Shown here piece by piece: positions 1-10,216 of a stretch of 26,697 bases of DNA (positions are counted from its first letter, which is position 1; the number at the start of each line of letters is the position of its first letter). The notes below the pieces were generated by a model. The model did not search any database and was not told the origin of the DNA. It was given only the letters and a program-made list of their open reading frames with translations. The stretch is from contig NIVC01003263.1 in NCBI GenBank assembly GCA_002269645.1, forward strand, positions 1 to 26,697, read 5' to 3'. The translations under genes were made by a program, and so were the position numbers. The stretch is from Macrostomum lignano. Lineage: Eukaryota.

Positions 1-36
1 GCAACAGCGGCAGCAGCAGCAGCAACAGCAGCGGCA
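1..36. repeat. Imperfect (CAG/GCA)n trinucleotide tract, possibly the end of a low-complexity exon cut by the window edge
   Basis: gcaacagcggcagcagcagcagcaacagcagcggcag; reads as poly-Q, poly-A or poly-S depending on frame and strand, and the strand cannot be resolved. Confidence 0.5.
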
Positions 37-98
37 GTGGTCAAACGGTTGATGCTGGTCCTTTGATGCAGAGGATTCTTAAATAAATCTAGCATCCC

Positions 99-1340
99 TG
101 GAACCGAATCAAGTCACTATGGAACCCAATCACGTCACTATGGAACCCAATCAGGTCACTATGGAACCCAATCAAGTCACTATGGAACCCAATCACGTCA
201 CTATGGAACCCAATCAGGTCACTATGGAACCCAATCACGTCACTATGGAACCCAATCACGTCACTATGGAACCCAATCAGGTCACTATGGAACCCAAGAA
301 AGTGACTATGGAACCCAATCCAGTGTCTTTATGGAACCCAATCCAGTGTCTTATGGAACCCAATCAAGCGTCCTTATGGAACCCAATCAAGTGTCCTTAT
401 GGAACCCAATCAAGTGTCCTTATGGAACCCAATCAAGTGTCCTTATGGAACCCAATCAAGTGTCTTTATGGAACCCAATCAAGTGTCCTATGGAACCCAA
501 TCCAGTGTCTTTATGGAACCCAATCCAGTGTCTTATGGAACCCAATCCAGTGTCTTTATGGAACCCAATCCAGTGTCTTATGGAACCCAATCAAGTGTCC
601 CTTATGGAACCCAATCAAGTATCTTTATGGAACCCAATCAAGTGTCTTTATGGAACCCAATCAAGTATCTTTATGGAACCCAATCAAGTATCTTTATGGA
701 ACCCAATCAAGTGTCTTTATGGAACCCAATCAAGTGTCCTTATGGAACCAATCAAGTGTCTTTATGGAACCCAATCCAGTGTCTTTATGGAACCCAATCC
801 AGTGTCTTATGGAACCCAATCAAGCGTCCTTATGGAACCCAATCAAGTGTCCTTATGGAACCCAATCAAGTGTCCTTATGGAACCAATCAAGTGTCTTTA
901 TGGAACCCAATCAAGTATCTTTATGGAACCCAATCAAGTGTCTTTATGGAACCCAATCAAGTATCTTTATGGAACCCAATCAAGTATCTTTATGGAACCC
1001 AATCAAGTGTCCTTATGGAACCCAATCAAGTGTCCTTATGAAACCAATCAAGTGTCTTTATGGAACCCAATCCAGTGTCTTTATGGAACCCAATCCAGTG
1101 TCCTATGGAACCCAATCAAGCGTCCTTATGGAACCCAATCAAGTGTCCTTATGGAACCCAATCAAGTGTCCTTATGGAACCCAATCAAGTGTCCTTATGG
1201 AACCCAATCAAGTGTCTTTATGGAACCCAATCAAGTATCGTTATGGAACCCAATCAAGTGTCCTTATGGAACCCAATCCAGTGTCTTTATGAAACCCAAT
1301 CAAGTCACTATGGAACCCATGCTAGTATCCCTGGAACTCA
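99..1340. repeat. Minisatellite, 21-23 bp unit with core ATGGAACCCAATC (GTCACT variant at the edges, GTGTCTTT/GTGTCCTT variant in the interior)
   Basis: Direct tandem repeats visible; explains ORFs 119..1378, 331..1041, 399..1292 and 1060..1461. Confidence 0.97.
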
Positions 1341-1604
1341 ACCAAGTTACCATGGAAGCAATGCTATATGTATATTAAATTTCAATTTAATTCTCAAATT
1401 TGGGATACCTATATTTGTTTCACAGTATCATAAGCCACGACTTCCATTCCCTTCTGATTAAACTGTCTGCGCTGTCTTGCTAATATGTCAGTTGAAATTT
1501 GCATTGAAACGCATTGAAATAAACACCAGATGTTGGTCATTAACAGTAAATGACAGGTAGAAGAAAGAAGTTCAAATTGGCGCCGAGCTCCATTTCTTGA
1601 TCAA

Positions 1605-1610
1605 TTTATT
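1605..1610 (-). promoter_or_regulatory. Candidate polyadenylation signal (AATAAA on -) for the PTP gene
   Basis: tttatt on + about 250 nt past the PTP stop codon; motif match only. Confidence 0.35.
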
Positions 1611-1857
1611 CGCCTCTCAATTTTAAAGTTGGTCAAGTACATGTATAAAAACTATCTTGAAGTTGAAGCTATGGAGGATGCACGAAGTTAGCGATCTCTG
1701 GAATATTAATACTTCTCTGTACACACAGGGGCGGCGCACCGAGCCATTCGAGTACAGCATGACCTGCTCAACTATTTAGAAAGCGGGGCGAGGGTGAAGA
1801 AAGTGACCAGTTCAATTGGTTCGGCCGGCGGGGTCAGTCAGGGCCGCCAGCTGTCTG

Positions 1858-1898
1858 TCAGTCACCGTTAACAGCGGGACTGTCGGCCTCTCCAAAGT
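1858..1898 (-). CDS. PTP gene coding exon 4 (last): (D)FGEADSPAVNGD*
   Basis: Acceptor tttcAG at 1900-1899; phase 1 matches exon 3; TGA at 1860-1858. Confidence 0.8.
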
Positions 1899-1939
1899 CT
1901 GAAATGCGGTGACAGGCAGTCACTCATGAACGAATTCAT

Positions 1940-2243
1940 GCACTCAAATCAAACATACGCATGAACTCATAAAATTTATCATCTCACTCACCCACCCTCT
2001 CATTCAATCACCCACTCAATAATTCACTCACCCACCCACCCACTCTCTCACTCACTCACTTACTCACTCAATCCCTCACTCACTCACTCACTCCCTCAGT
2101 CACTCACTCACTCACTCACTCACTCCCTCACTCACTCCCTCACTCACTCCCTCCCTCACTCACTCACTCCCTCCCTCACTCACTCACTCACTCACTCACT
2201 CACTCACTCACTCACTCACTCACTCACTCACTCACTCACTCAC
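1940..2243. repeat. (CTCA)n / (GTGA)n tetranucleotide microsatellite filling PTP intron 3
   Basis: Near-perfect ctcactca run at 2050-2243, degenerate towards 1940. Confidence 0.97.
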
Positions 2244-2376
2244 CCTCTGCCTCGTTGACATCAAGCTGGAGTGAGCCGGCAGATTTCTGGCCATTCCTAT
2301 CACCGGCAGTCCCGGAAATCAGGTTCTCCTTCACCAGGTTGTGCAGCAGGCATTTGTACACGAAGGCGAGCTGGCT
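2244..2376 (-). CDS. PTP gene coding exon 3: SQLAFVYKCLLHNLVKENLISGTAGDRNGQKSAGSLQLDVNEAE; completes the Q-loop/C-terminal helix
   Basis: Acceptor gcgcAG at 2378-2377, donor GTGAGT at 2243; the join gives MVHSR|SQLAFVY, aligning with the classical PTP motif MVQTxxQYxFxY. Confidence 0.92.
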
Positions 2377-3082
2377 CTGCGCAGCAAATTGAAATGTAAA
2401 AATCATAATTCATAAATCATGTGAACCCACGGTTTGCAAATAATCTTTTACAGGTGGGTTTGAAATCTTTTTGAAAGTTTTTAAACCTCCAACCTAAAAA
2501 AGCCTACACTGCCTACTTACCGAACAGTAGCTATAAGTAGCATGATACGAATCAACCGATATAGAAATGTTCATTGAATTAAAAAGCAACATTGACAAAT
2601 AGCACCACTCTGAATCCGCAGTGAGTAGACCGTCCTCTTTTAAGTGGGCCGAAAAAGCCCCCCCCCACAGGATCAAGTGTGGGGTCAGCTAGGGACATCC
2701 GCAGGGCCTTTGCGATCCAGGGCAGGGAGCGATCAACAAATATAGCTAAAAACTAGGAAAGCCTCCTCTCGATGCTCGCTCGATCTCTGCCTCCCTAAAG
2801 CGAACACAGTAATTGCGGGACCGCCCGCCAGGCCAGAGCTGAGAGATGTGAAAGCTCGTGCTGGCAATTATGGGGGCCTGGCGGGGGTTGGGGTCTCCGC
2901 TTCCCTATTCCCAGTGGTGTTACATGCCGCTCATGTACGAAACAATGCAATATGAGTCCGATAAAATTGCCTATGTTCCTAACCGAACGAACTTACAAGT
3001 TCAAATTTGCAGGATTTTTAAAGCGAGAGGCTGAAACTGTTGTTAAGGTTTTAAAGAGCAAATTTAATCAATATTGCGTAGA

Positions 3083-3595
3083 CTATGGCCAAGGCCAGTC
3101 GTCTATGACCAAGGCTAGTTGTCTTTGACCAAGGCCAGTTGTCTATGGCCAAGGCTAGCTGTCTATGGCCAAGGCCAGTTGTCTATGGCCAAAGCCAGCT
3201 GTCTATGGCCAAGGCCAGCTGTCTATGGCCAAGGCCAGCTGACTATGGCCAAGGCCAGCTGTCTATGGCCAAGGCTAGCTGTCTATGGCCAAGGCCAGTT
3301 GTCTATGGCCAAGGCCAGTTGTCTATGGCCAAGGCCAGTTGTCTATGGCCAAGGCTAGCTGTCTATGGCCAAGGCCAGCTATCTATGGCCCAGGCTAGCT
3401 GTCTATGGCCAAGGCCAGCTATCTATGGCCCAGGCTAGCTGTCTATGGCCAAGGCCAGCTATCTATGGCCCAGGCTAGCTGTCTATGGCCAAGGCCAGCT
3501 GTCTATGGCCAAGGCCAGCTATCTATGGCCAAGGCCAGTTGTCTATGGCCAAGGCCAGTTGTCTATGGCCAAGGCTAGCTGTCTATGGCCCAGGC
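3083..3595. repeat. 20-bp minisatellite GTCTATGGCCAAGGCCAGCT in PTP intron 2
   Basis: About 25 tandem copies; explains ORFs 3119..3358, 3139..3438 and the repeat part of 3445..3987. Confidence 0.97.
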
Positions 3596-3602
3596 TACGT
3601 AC

Positions 3603-4542
3603 CCTGCTGTGCACCATGCCCGGCCGGCTCAGCCTCAGCCCGACAACGGCGGCCGGCACGTCCACTTGCTGGCTGGCGCGCACTCCGTCAATGCTGAAGG
3701 ACAGCAGGCAGAGCAGGACGCCGGTCCGGCCGACGCCGCTGTCGCAGTGGACGACGGTCGGCCAGTCCGGCCTGGCGGTGGCGCCCACCTCAGCGGCAAA
3801 GCGGCAGAAGCCGGCAGGGTCTAGGCCGGACCAGTCCGCCGACAGCGGCAGGCCCAAATACTGCAGGTGGCGAAGCCGGCGGGTCTCGCTGGAGTCGCCG
3901 GTCACGGACACTGTCAGCTCACGGCGGATCAGGTTTCCGTCGTCTAGCGTCTCCTCAGTTTCCATAGCAACTGTGTACTGGCCGTAGCAGACGCTGGTCC
4001 CAGTCTCGTCCGGCCAGTATTTGGCGCAGGCGCTCCGGCCTTGTTCAACACAGTCCGTTACCATGGCAACTAGGCGAACCCCGGACTCCCAGATCATCTG
4101 CCAATGCTGGCCGAGCGTCTCCTGCAGAGGTCCTTGGCAGGCGATGTACCGGCGATTGGACACTCGAAGAGGGCTAGCGTTGACGTAGTCGGACGGGGCC
4201 CTGGTCAGCCGCAGCAGCGGGTCCTCGCAGCCGCCGCCTTCGTCGGAGTCCGCCTCATCGAGATTTTCCTCAGAATCCTCGTCGAAATCTGGCATGTCGG
4301 CCGAGGGTTTCGGCAGCGACAGTTTGACCCGGTTCGAGTCGTAGGGCAGCACGTTGGTGTAGCGGTTCTTCAGGGTGTTGCGCAGGCTCTGGCCGCATTC
4401 TACACTGAAGATGAGGCGCTCGCAGTTCGAGCCGATGAGGTTCAGCCGCTCCAGCTGCTTTTCCAGCTCCTCCTCTCCCTCCTTCGTCTGCAGCAGCCGT
4501 CTGGCGTGGTCAGCGAATCCGCTGAGCTGGATGGAGGTGCGG
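3603..4542 (-). CDS. PTP gene coding exon 2: classical tyrosine phosphatase domain (closest in my recollection to PTPN13/14/21-type non-receptor PTPs)
   Basis: Motifs KNRYTNVLPYDSNRVKL, DYVNAS, YIACQGPL, WQMIWE, CAKYWP, VHCDSGVGRTG, RLSRPGMVHS; acceptor ccgccAG at 4544-4543, donor GTACGT at 3602. Confidence 0.95.
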
Positions 4543-4604
4543 CTGGCGGAGGCGCGACGGGTGGGGAGTTATAGAGGGGTTTCAAGAGAGTTCGGGATCT
4601 AATG

Positions 4605-5245
4605 GAGAGTTGAAAGGGAGATCTGGTGGGGATCTGAGAGGGGGATCTAGTTTGATCTGAGATGGGGATCTAGTGGGATCTGAGAGGGAGATCTAGTGGG
4701 ATCTGAGAGGGGGATCTAGTGGGATCTGAGAGGGAGATCTAGTGGGATCTAAGAGGGAGATCTAGTGGGATCTGAGAGGGAGATCTAGTGGGATCTGAGA
4801 GGGGGATCTAGTGGGATCTGAGAGGGAGATCTAGTGGGATCTGAGAGGGGGATCTAGTGGGATCTGAGAGGGAGGTCTAGTGGGATCTGAGAGGGAGATC
4901 TAGTGGGATCTGAAAGGGAGATCTAGTGGGATCTGAGAGGGAGATCCAGTGGGATCTAAGAGGGAGGTCTAGTAAGATCTGAGAGGGAGATCTAGTGGGA
5001 TCTGAGAGGGGGATCTAGTGGGATCTGAGAGGGAGATATAGTGGGATCTGAGAGGGAGATATAGTGGGGATCTGAGAGGGGGATCTAGTGGGATCTGAGA
5101 GGGGGATCTGGTGTGCTCTGAGAGGGGGATCTAGAGGGATCTGAGATGGAGGTCTAGTGGGATCTGAGAGGGAGATCTAGTGGGATCTGAGAGGGAGATC
5201 TAGTGGGATCCGAAAGGGAGGTCTAGTGGGGATGAGCAAGATCTA
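4605..5245. repeat. 23-bp minisatellite GATCTAGTGGGATCTGAGAGGGA in PTP intron 1
   Basis: Tandem copies visible, two GATC per unit. Confidence 0.97.
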
Positions 5246-5563
5246 GCAAAGTTAAGAGGATTTCCACCCCCATGCGTCCCCCTTCTCCCGCAGCTTGCAG
5301 CCTATACATGTACGCGAGAGCAAGTTTAAACCCCAGATATTTTTATTCGCCAAAAAATTTCTTCCTTATCGCAGCTAATTTCCTTCCTGAAGCAGAAATT
5401 TAATTGTGTTCTCAATTTAATTGCCAGAAGCAGCTTCCCCGGTGCTTAGCGGTAGACGAACAAGTCATTCCTTTTTTCTTTCTCCAAGCATCAGAGAGGC
5501 TCGCATTTAATTGCATCCCTATTCCTTCTGGCGAGCGCAAGCAGGTCTTGAGATTTCTGCTTC

Positions 5564-5600
5564 TTAGGGTTAGGGTTAAGGGCTATGGCTAAGGGTTAGG
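5564..5600 (+). repeat. Short interstitial telomere-like tract (TTAGGG)2 plus degenerate copies
   Basis: ttagggttagggttaagggctatggctaagggttagg. Confidence 0.55.
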
Positions 5601-5714
5601 AGTTGTACGAGCATGTTTGAGCCATTACGAATTTGATCTGGAGTGACTGGAAGACTGTCTGATTATTTTTGCTCATTTTTATTACTCATGGACGTCACTT
5701 CCTCCTTACTGCTT

Positions 5715-6195
5715 AATCCAGCCTCCAACCCACTGCTTCCATCCTTTATCCTACTGCTTCCATCCTTTATCCTACTGCTTCCATCCTTTATCCTACTGCT
5801 TCCATCCTTTATCCTACTGCTTCCATCCTTTATCCTACTGCTTCCATCCTTTATCCTACTGCTTCCATCCTTTATCCTACTGCTTCCATCCTTTATCCTA
5901 CTGCTTCCATCCTTTATCCTACTGCTTCCATCCTTTATCCTACTGCTTCCATCCTTTATCCTACTGCTTCCATCCTTTATCCTACTGCTTCCATCCTTTA
6001 TCCTACTGCTTCCATCCTTTATCCTACTGCTTCCATCCTTTATCTCATTGCTTCCATCCTTTATCCTACTGCTTCCATCCTTTATCCTATTGCTTCCACC
6101 CTCCAATCCACTGCTTCCACCCTCCAACCCACTGCTTCCACCCTTTATCCCATTGCTTGCATCCTTTATCCCATTGCTTCCATCCTCCAACCCAC
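5715..6195. repeat. 21-bp minisatellite CCTTTATCCTACTGCTTCCAT in PTP intron 1
   Basis: Near-perfect central copies; explains ORFs 5643..6512 and 5663..6241. Confidence 0.97.
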
Positions 6196-6241
6196 AGCTG
6201 CAGGCGCCCACAATCCTGGCTACTCCCGAGCCCGCGCTCAC

Positions 6242-6345
6242 CTTTTCCGCTTGCCCCTCTTGCCGCCGGGTGTCAGCAGCTTCTTCACCCTCAGCTCCAC
6301 AGAATCCTCAATATCCTCGGCAGAGGCCGACGCGCAGTTCCCCAT
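6242..6345 (-). CDS. PTP gene coding exon 1: MGNCASASAEDIEDSVELRVKKLLTPGGKRGKRK(S)
   Basis: ATG at 6345, donor AG|GTGAGC at 6241; phase 2 matches the exon 2 acceptor; the four exons sum to 1218 nt = 405 aa plus stop. Confidence 0.85.
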
Positions 6346-6449
6346 GCCGCCTTCGTCTGGCCCGCTCGGTCGGGTGCTTTTGTCTCCGCTTCGGAGCACA
6401 GAAGGCCGCGTACTCTGCGCTCGCGTCTATCAAGCTGCTAGCAGGATTT

Positions 6450-6476
6450 CTTGCGGAGAGAGAGAGAGAGAGAGAA
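6450..6476 (-). promoter_or_regulatory. (CT)n polypyrimidine tract and AG acceptor upstream of the PTP 5' UTR (cis-intron or trans-splice acceptor)
   Basis: Minus strand reads ctctctctctctctctctccgcaAG|aaatcc; a candidate donor TGG|GTGAGG lies at 6842. Confidence 0.55.
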
Positions 6477-7194
6477 GCAGAGGAACAGGCGGGTCAGGTA
6501 CGCGGCGGTTAATTGAGCCGCAGATAGGTCAATCAGAGTCGGCCGCGGCCTAGACAGCGAATTAAGACTTTGTACTGGCAGATAAGGACTCGAATTTGGC
6601 TGTCTTAATGGCTCTGTATGCCTGGCAGGGGGGGGGAGGGAGGCACTGAGCTGATAAACTGAGCACGTCTGCACGGGACACCCTCACGAGGGACCCCACC
6701 GGATTGGCCCCCGCAGCCCCACAGCCGATTTTGCCGCTTTTACCCTCGAGAAGCAGAACGAGCCAGAACGAGGCTCTCACTGCGAACTCTGACGGAAACA
6801 CAGAATTTGTTTCAAACCACCACATTTTCCCCAGCACCTCACCCAATTCCCATGCATGGGAGCGGCAGCTAGGGATGCGGAAAACACCCGAGGAACCGGG
6901 CCCACTAACGCTTTCAGTTCGTTTCGAACGCTTTGCTTTCGACTAAAAATGATAGCAATACGTATTTTTAAACTCGATTCGAATATCCCATCCGACAAAC
7001 ACTTGTTTACATTTTTTTCGCTCGCTTATTAATTTGAGCCATGCTGCAGCTGCGGGAGCTTAAAGAGGCCACTTGGACCGAGCAGTCTGGGGGACCCGCA
7101 TCTGCAACCATTCAAGCAATTAGTTAATCAGCAGCGCTAGCACCCGCGCCTCGGGTGCAGAGCCTGCCTGCATCTGCCTACGCATCCTTCAACC

Positions 7195-8720
7195 TGCCCC
7201 CCGGTCCTTCACTGGTCACCCCCACTACCCCCTACCCCCGGTCCTTCACTGGTCACTCCCACTACCCCCTACCCCGGTCCTTCACTGGTCACCCCCACTA
7301 CCCCCTACCCGGTCCTTCACTGGTCACCCCCACCACCCCCTACCCCCGGTCCTTCACTGGTCACTCCCACTACCCCCTACCCCCGGTCCTTCACTGGTCA
7401 CCCCCACCACCCCCTACCCCCGGTCCTTCACTGGTCACTCCCACTACCACCCTACCCCCGGTCCTTCACTGGTCACCCCACCACCCCCTACCCCCGGTCC
7501 TTCACTGGTCACCCCCACTACCCCCCTACCCGGTCCTTCACTGGTCACCCCACTACCCCCTACCCCCGGTCCTTCACTGGTCACCCCCACTACCCCCCTA
7601 CCCCCGGTCCTTCACTGGTCACCCCACTACCCCCTACCCCCGGTCCTTCACTGGTCACCCCACCACCCCCTACCCCCGGTCCTTCACTGGTCACTCCCAC
7701 CACCCCCTACCCCCGGTCCTTCACTGGTCACTCCCACTACCCCCCTACCCCCGTTCCTTCACTGGTCACCCCCACTACCCCCTACCCCCGGTGATTCACT
7801 GGTCACCCCCACTATCCCCCTACCCGGTCCTTCACTGGTCACCCCCACTAACCCCCTACCCGGTCCTTCACTGGTCACCCCCACTAACCCCCCTACCCCC
7901 AGTCCTTCACTGGTCACCCCCACTATCCCCCTACCCGGTCCTTCACTGGTCACCCCCACTAACCCCCCTACCCCCAGTCCTTCACTGGTCACCCCCACTA
8001 TCCCCCTACCCGGTCCTTTACTGGTCACCCCCACTAACCCCCTACCCCCGGTCCTTCACTGGTCACCCCCACCACCCCCTACCCCGGTCCTTCACTGGTC
8101 ACTCCCACTACCACCCTACCCCGGTCCTTCACTGGTCACCCCCACCACCCCCTACCCCGGTCCTTCACTGGTCACCCCCACTACCCCCCTACCCGGTCCT
8201 TCACTGGTCACCCCCACTACCCCCTACCCGGTCCTTCACTGGTCACCCCCACTACCCCCTACCCGGTCCTTCACTGGTCACCCCCACTACCCCCTACCCC
8301 CGGTGATTCACTGGTCACCCCCACTACCCCCCTACCCCGGTGATTCACTGGTCACCCCACTACCCCCCTACCCCCGGTGATTCACTGGTCACCCCACTAC
8401 CCCCTACCCCGGTGATTCACTGGTCACCCCACTATCCCCCTACCCGGTCCTTCACTGGTCACCCCCACTAACCCCCCTACCCGGTCCTTCACTGGTCACC
8501 CCCACTAACCCCCCTACCCCGGTCCTTCACTGGTCACCCCCACTAACCCCCCTACCCCCAGTCCTTCACTGGTCACCCCCACCGCTCTCCCTCACCCCGG
8601 TGATTCACTGGTCACCCCCACCGCTCTCCCCCAATGCCCCCGGTGATTCACTGGTCACCCCCACCGCTCTCCCCCTGTCCCTGGTGATTCACTGGTCACA
8701 TGTCACCCCCACCGCTCCCC
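7195..8720. repeat. ~36-40 bp C-rich minisatellite CCCCGGTCCTTCACTGGTCACCCCCACTACCCCCTAC (G-tract rich on -)
   Basis: Tandem copies visible; explains Pro-rich ORF 7155..8306 and ORF 7759..8034. Confidence 0.97.
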
Positions 8721-9249
8721 CCCTTCAGCAGTAGGTCTCTCAGTGGGCAAAGTGGGTAAATAAAAGCGAGTCGAAAATCCGATTGCTGTAGTCAGTTAGC
8801 AGTTAAAATCGGTCATGCAAATCATCAGCTCAGATTAATATTTGAGGCCAGCCGGCAACAAGGAAAGTTTTCAAATTCAAATTCTGCACAGCATATATTT
8901 CGCCAATAAGTGCAACTAAAAGCAACAACCGAAAAAACGACAAAAAAGCACGGCATGATATTACAGATATTGCTACTAACTAAGTAGAGCAACGCGCATT
9001 TAATGGTTGGAATTCTTTCTTTTCACAGCTTTAAAACTCTCTGGAATGTTGAGTTCTTGGCAAAGTTATAATTACTGTTTGAAACAAATTCAATTTAATT
9101 TCAAACAACGTTAATTACAGAAAGAGCATTAAGAGATTTACCTTAAGAGATTAAGAGATTAGTTGTTGAGGACATAAGCAAGACTGACTGACAAGTGTGC
9201 AACTTCTGATGTACCATTTTTTCTATGGAGTCTGTAAACACAGCCTTAT

Positions 9250-10168
9250 AGCAACTGAAATCAGAAACCAGTTGGGGATCTCACAGCAACTGAAATCCCA
9301 TGGCAGTTGGGGATCTCACAGCAAATGAAATCCCATCTCAGTTGGGGATCTCAAGGCAACTGAAACCCCCCATCTCGATTGGGGATCTCACAGCAACTGA
9401 AATCCCATGGCAGTTGGGGATCTCACAGCAACTGAAATCCCATGGCAGTTGGGGATCTCACAGCAACTGAAATCCCATGGCAGTTGGGGATCTCAAGGCA
9501 ACTGAAATCCCCCATCTCGATTGGGGATCCCACAGAAACTGAAATCCCATGGCAGTTGGGGATCTCAAGGCAACTGAAACCCCCCATCTCGATTGGGGAT
9601 CTCACAGCAACTGAAATCCCATGGCAGTTGGGGATCTCACAGCAACTGAAATCCCATGGCAGTTGGGGATCTCACAGCAACTGAAATCCCATGGCAGTTG
9701 GGGATCTCAAGGCAACTGAAATCCCCCATCTCGATTGGGGATCCCACAGAAACTGAAATCCCATGGCAGTTGGGGATCTCAAGGCAACTGAAATCCCCCA
9801 TCTCGATTGGGGATCTCACAGCAACTGAAATCCCCCATCTCAATTGGGGATCTCACAGCAACTGAAATCCCCCATCTCAATTGGGGATCTTACAGCAACT
9901 GAAATCCCCCATCTCAATTGGGGATCTCACAGCAACTGAAATCCCCCATCTCAATTGGGGATCTCACAGCAACTGAAATCCCCCATCTCAATTGGGGATC
10001 TCACAGCAACTGAAATCCCCCATCTCAGTTGGGGATCTCACAGCAACTGAAATCCCCCATCTCAGTAGGGGATCCCACAGCAACTGAAATCCCCCATCTC
10101 AGTTGCGGATCTCACAGCAACTGAAATCCCCCATCTCAGTTGCGGATCTCACAGCAACTGAAATCCCA
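9250..10168. repeat. 35/37-bp minisatellite GATCTCACAGCAACTGAAATCCCATGGCAGTTGGG with alternating variants (72-bp higher-order unit)
   Basis: Tandem copies visible; the 24-aa periodicity of ORFs 9442..9684 and 9656..9865 reflects the 35+37 bp dimer. Confidence 0.96.
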
Positions 10169-10216
10169 TAACAAGAAGCTAAATGAAGCCCAGTGTGACT
10201 AGATCAGACAGTGCCT

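Noticed and set aside
119-1461. Long + strand ORFs with MEPNQV/LWNPIK repeats
   Set aside because: Open in all three frames with frame-shifting unit lengths; a product of the minisatellite.
2912-2931. CAGTG(G/C)TG(T)TACATGCCGCT shared with 26641-26659, possible transposon terminus
   Set aside because: Similarity is limited to ~20 bp, same orientation, with no matching opposite end or target-site duplication.
5663-6241. 192-aa (DGSSRIK)n ORF and the opposite-strand (LLPSFIL)n ORF
   Set aside because: 21-bp unit keeps frames open by default; the listed GTG start is the PTP intron 1 donor, and the real PTP frame hits TGA immediately on read-through.
7041-7139. 32-codon ORF MLQLRELKEATWTEQSGDPHLQPFKQLVNQQR*
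   Set aside because: Too short to distinguish from chance without expression or conservation data.
7155-8306. 383-aa extensin-like Pro-rich ORF
   Set aside because: Variable-length C-rich satellite with mixed frames, no ATG and no splice support.
9250-10168. CRISPR-like appearance (35-37 bp partly palindromic repeats)
   Set aside because: Units are contiguous with no unique spacers, there are no cas genes, and the context is eukaryotic.
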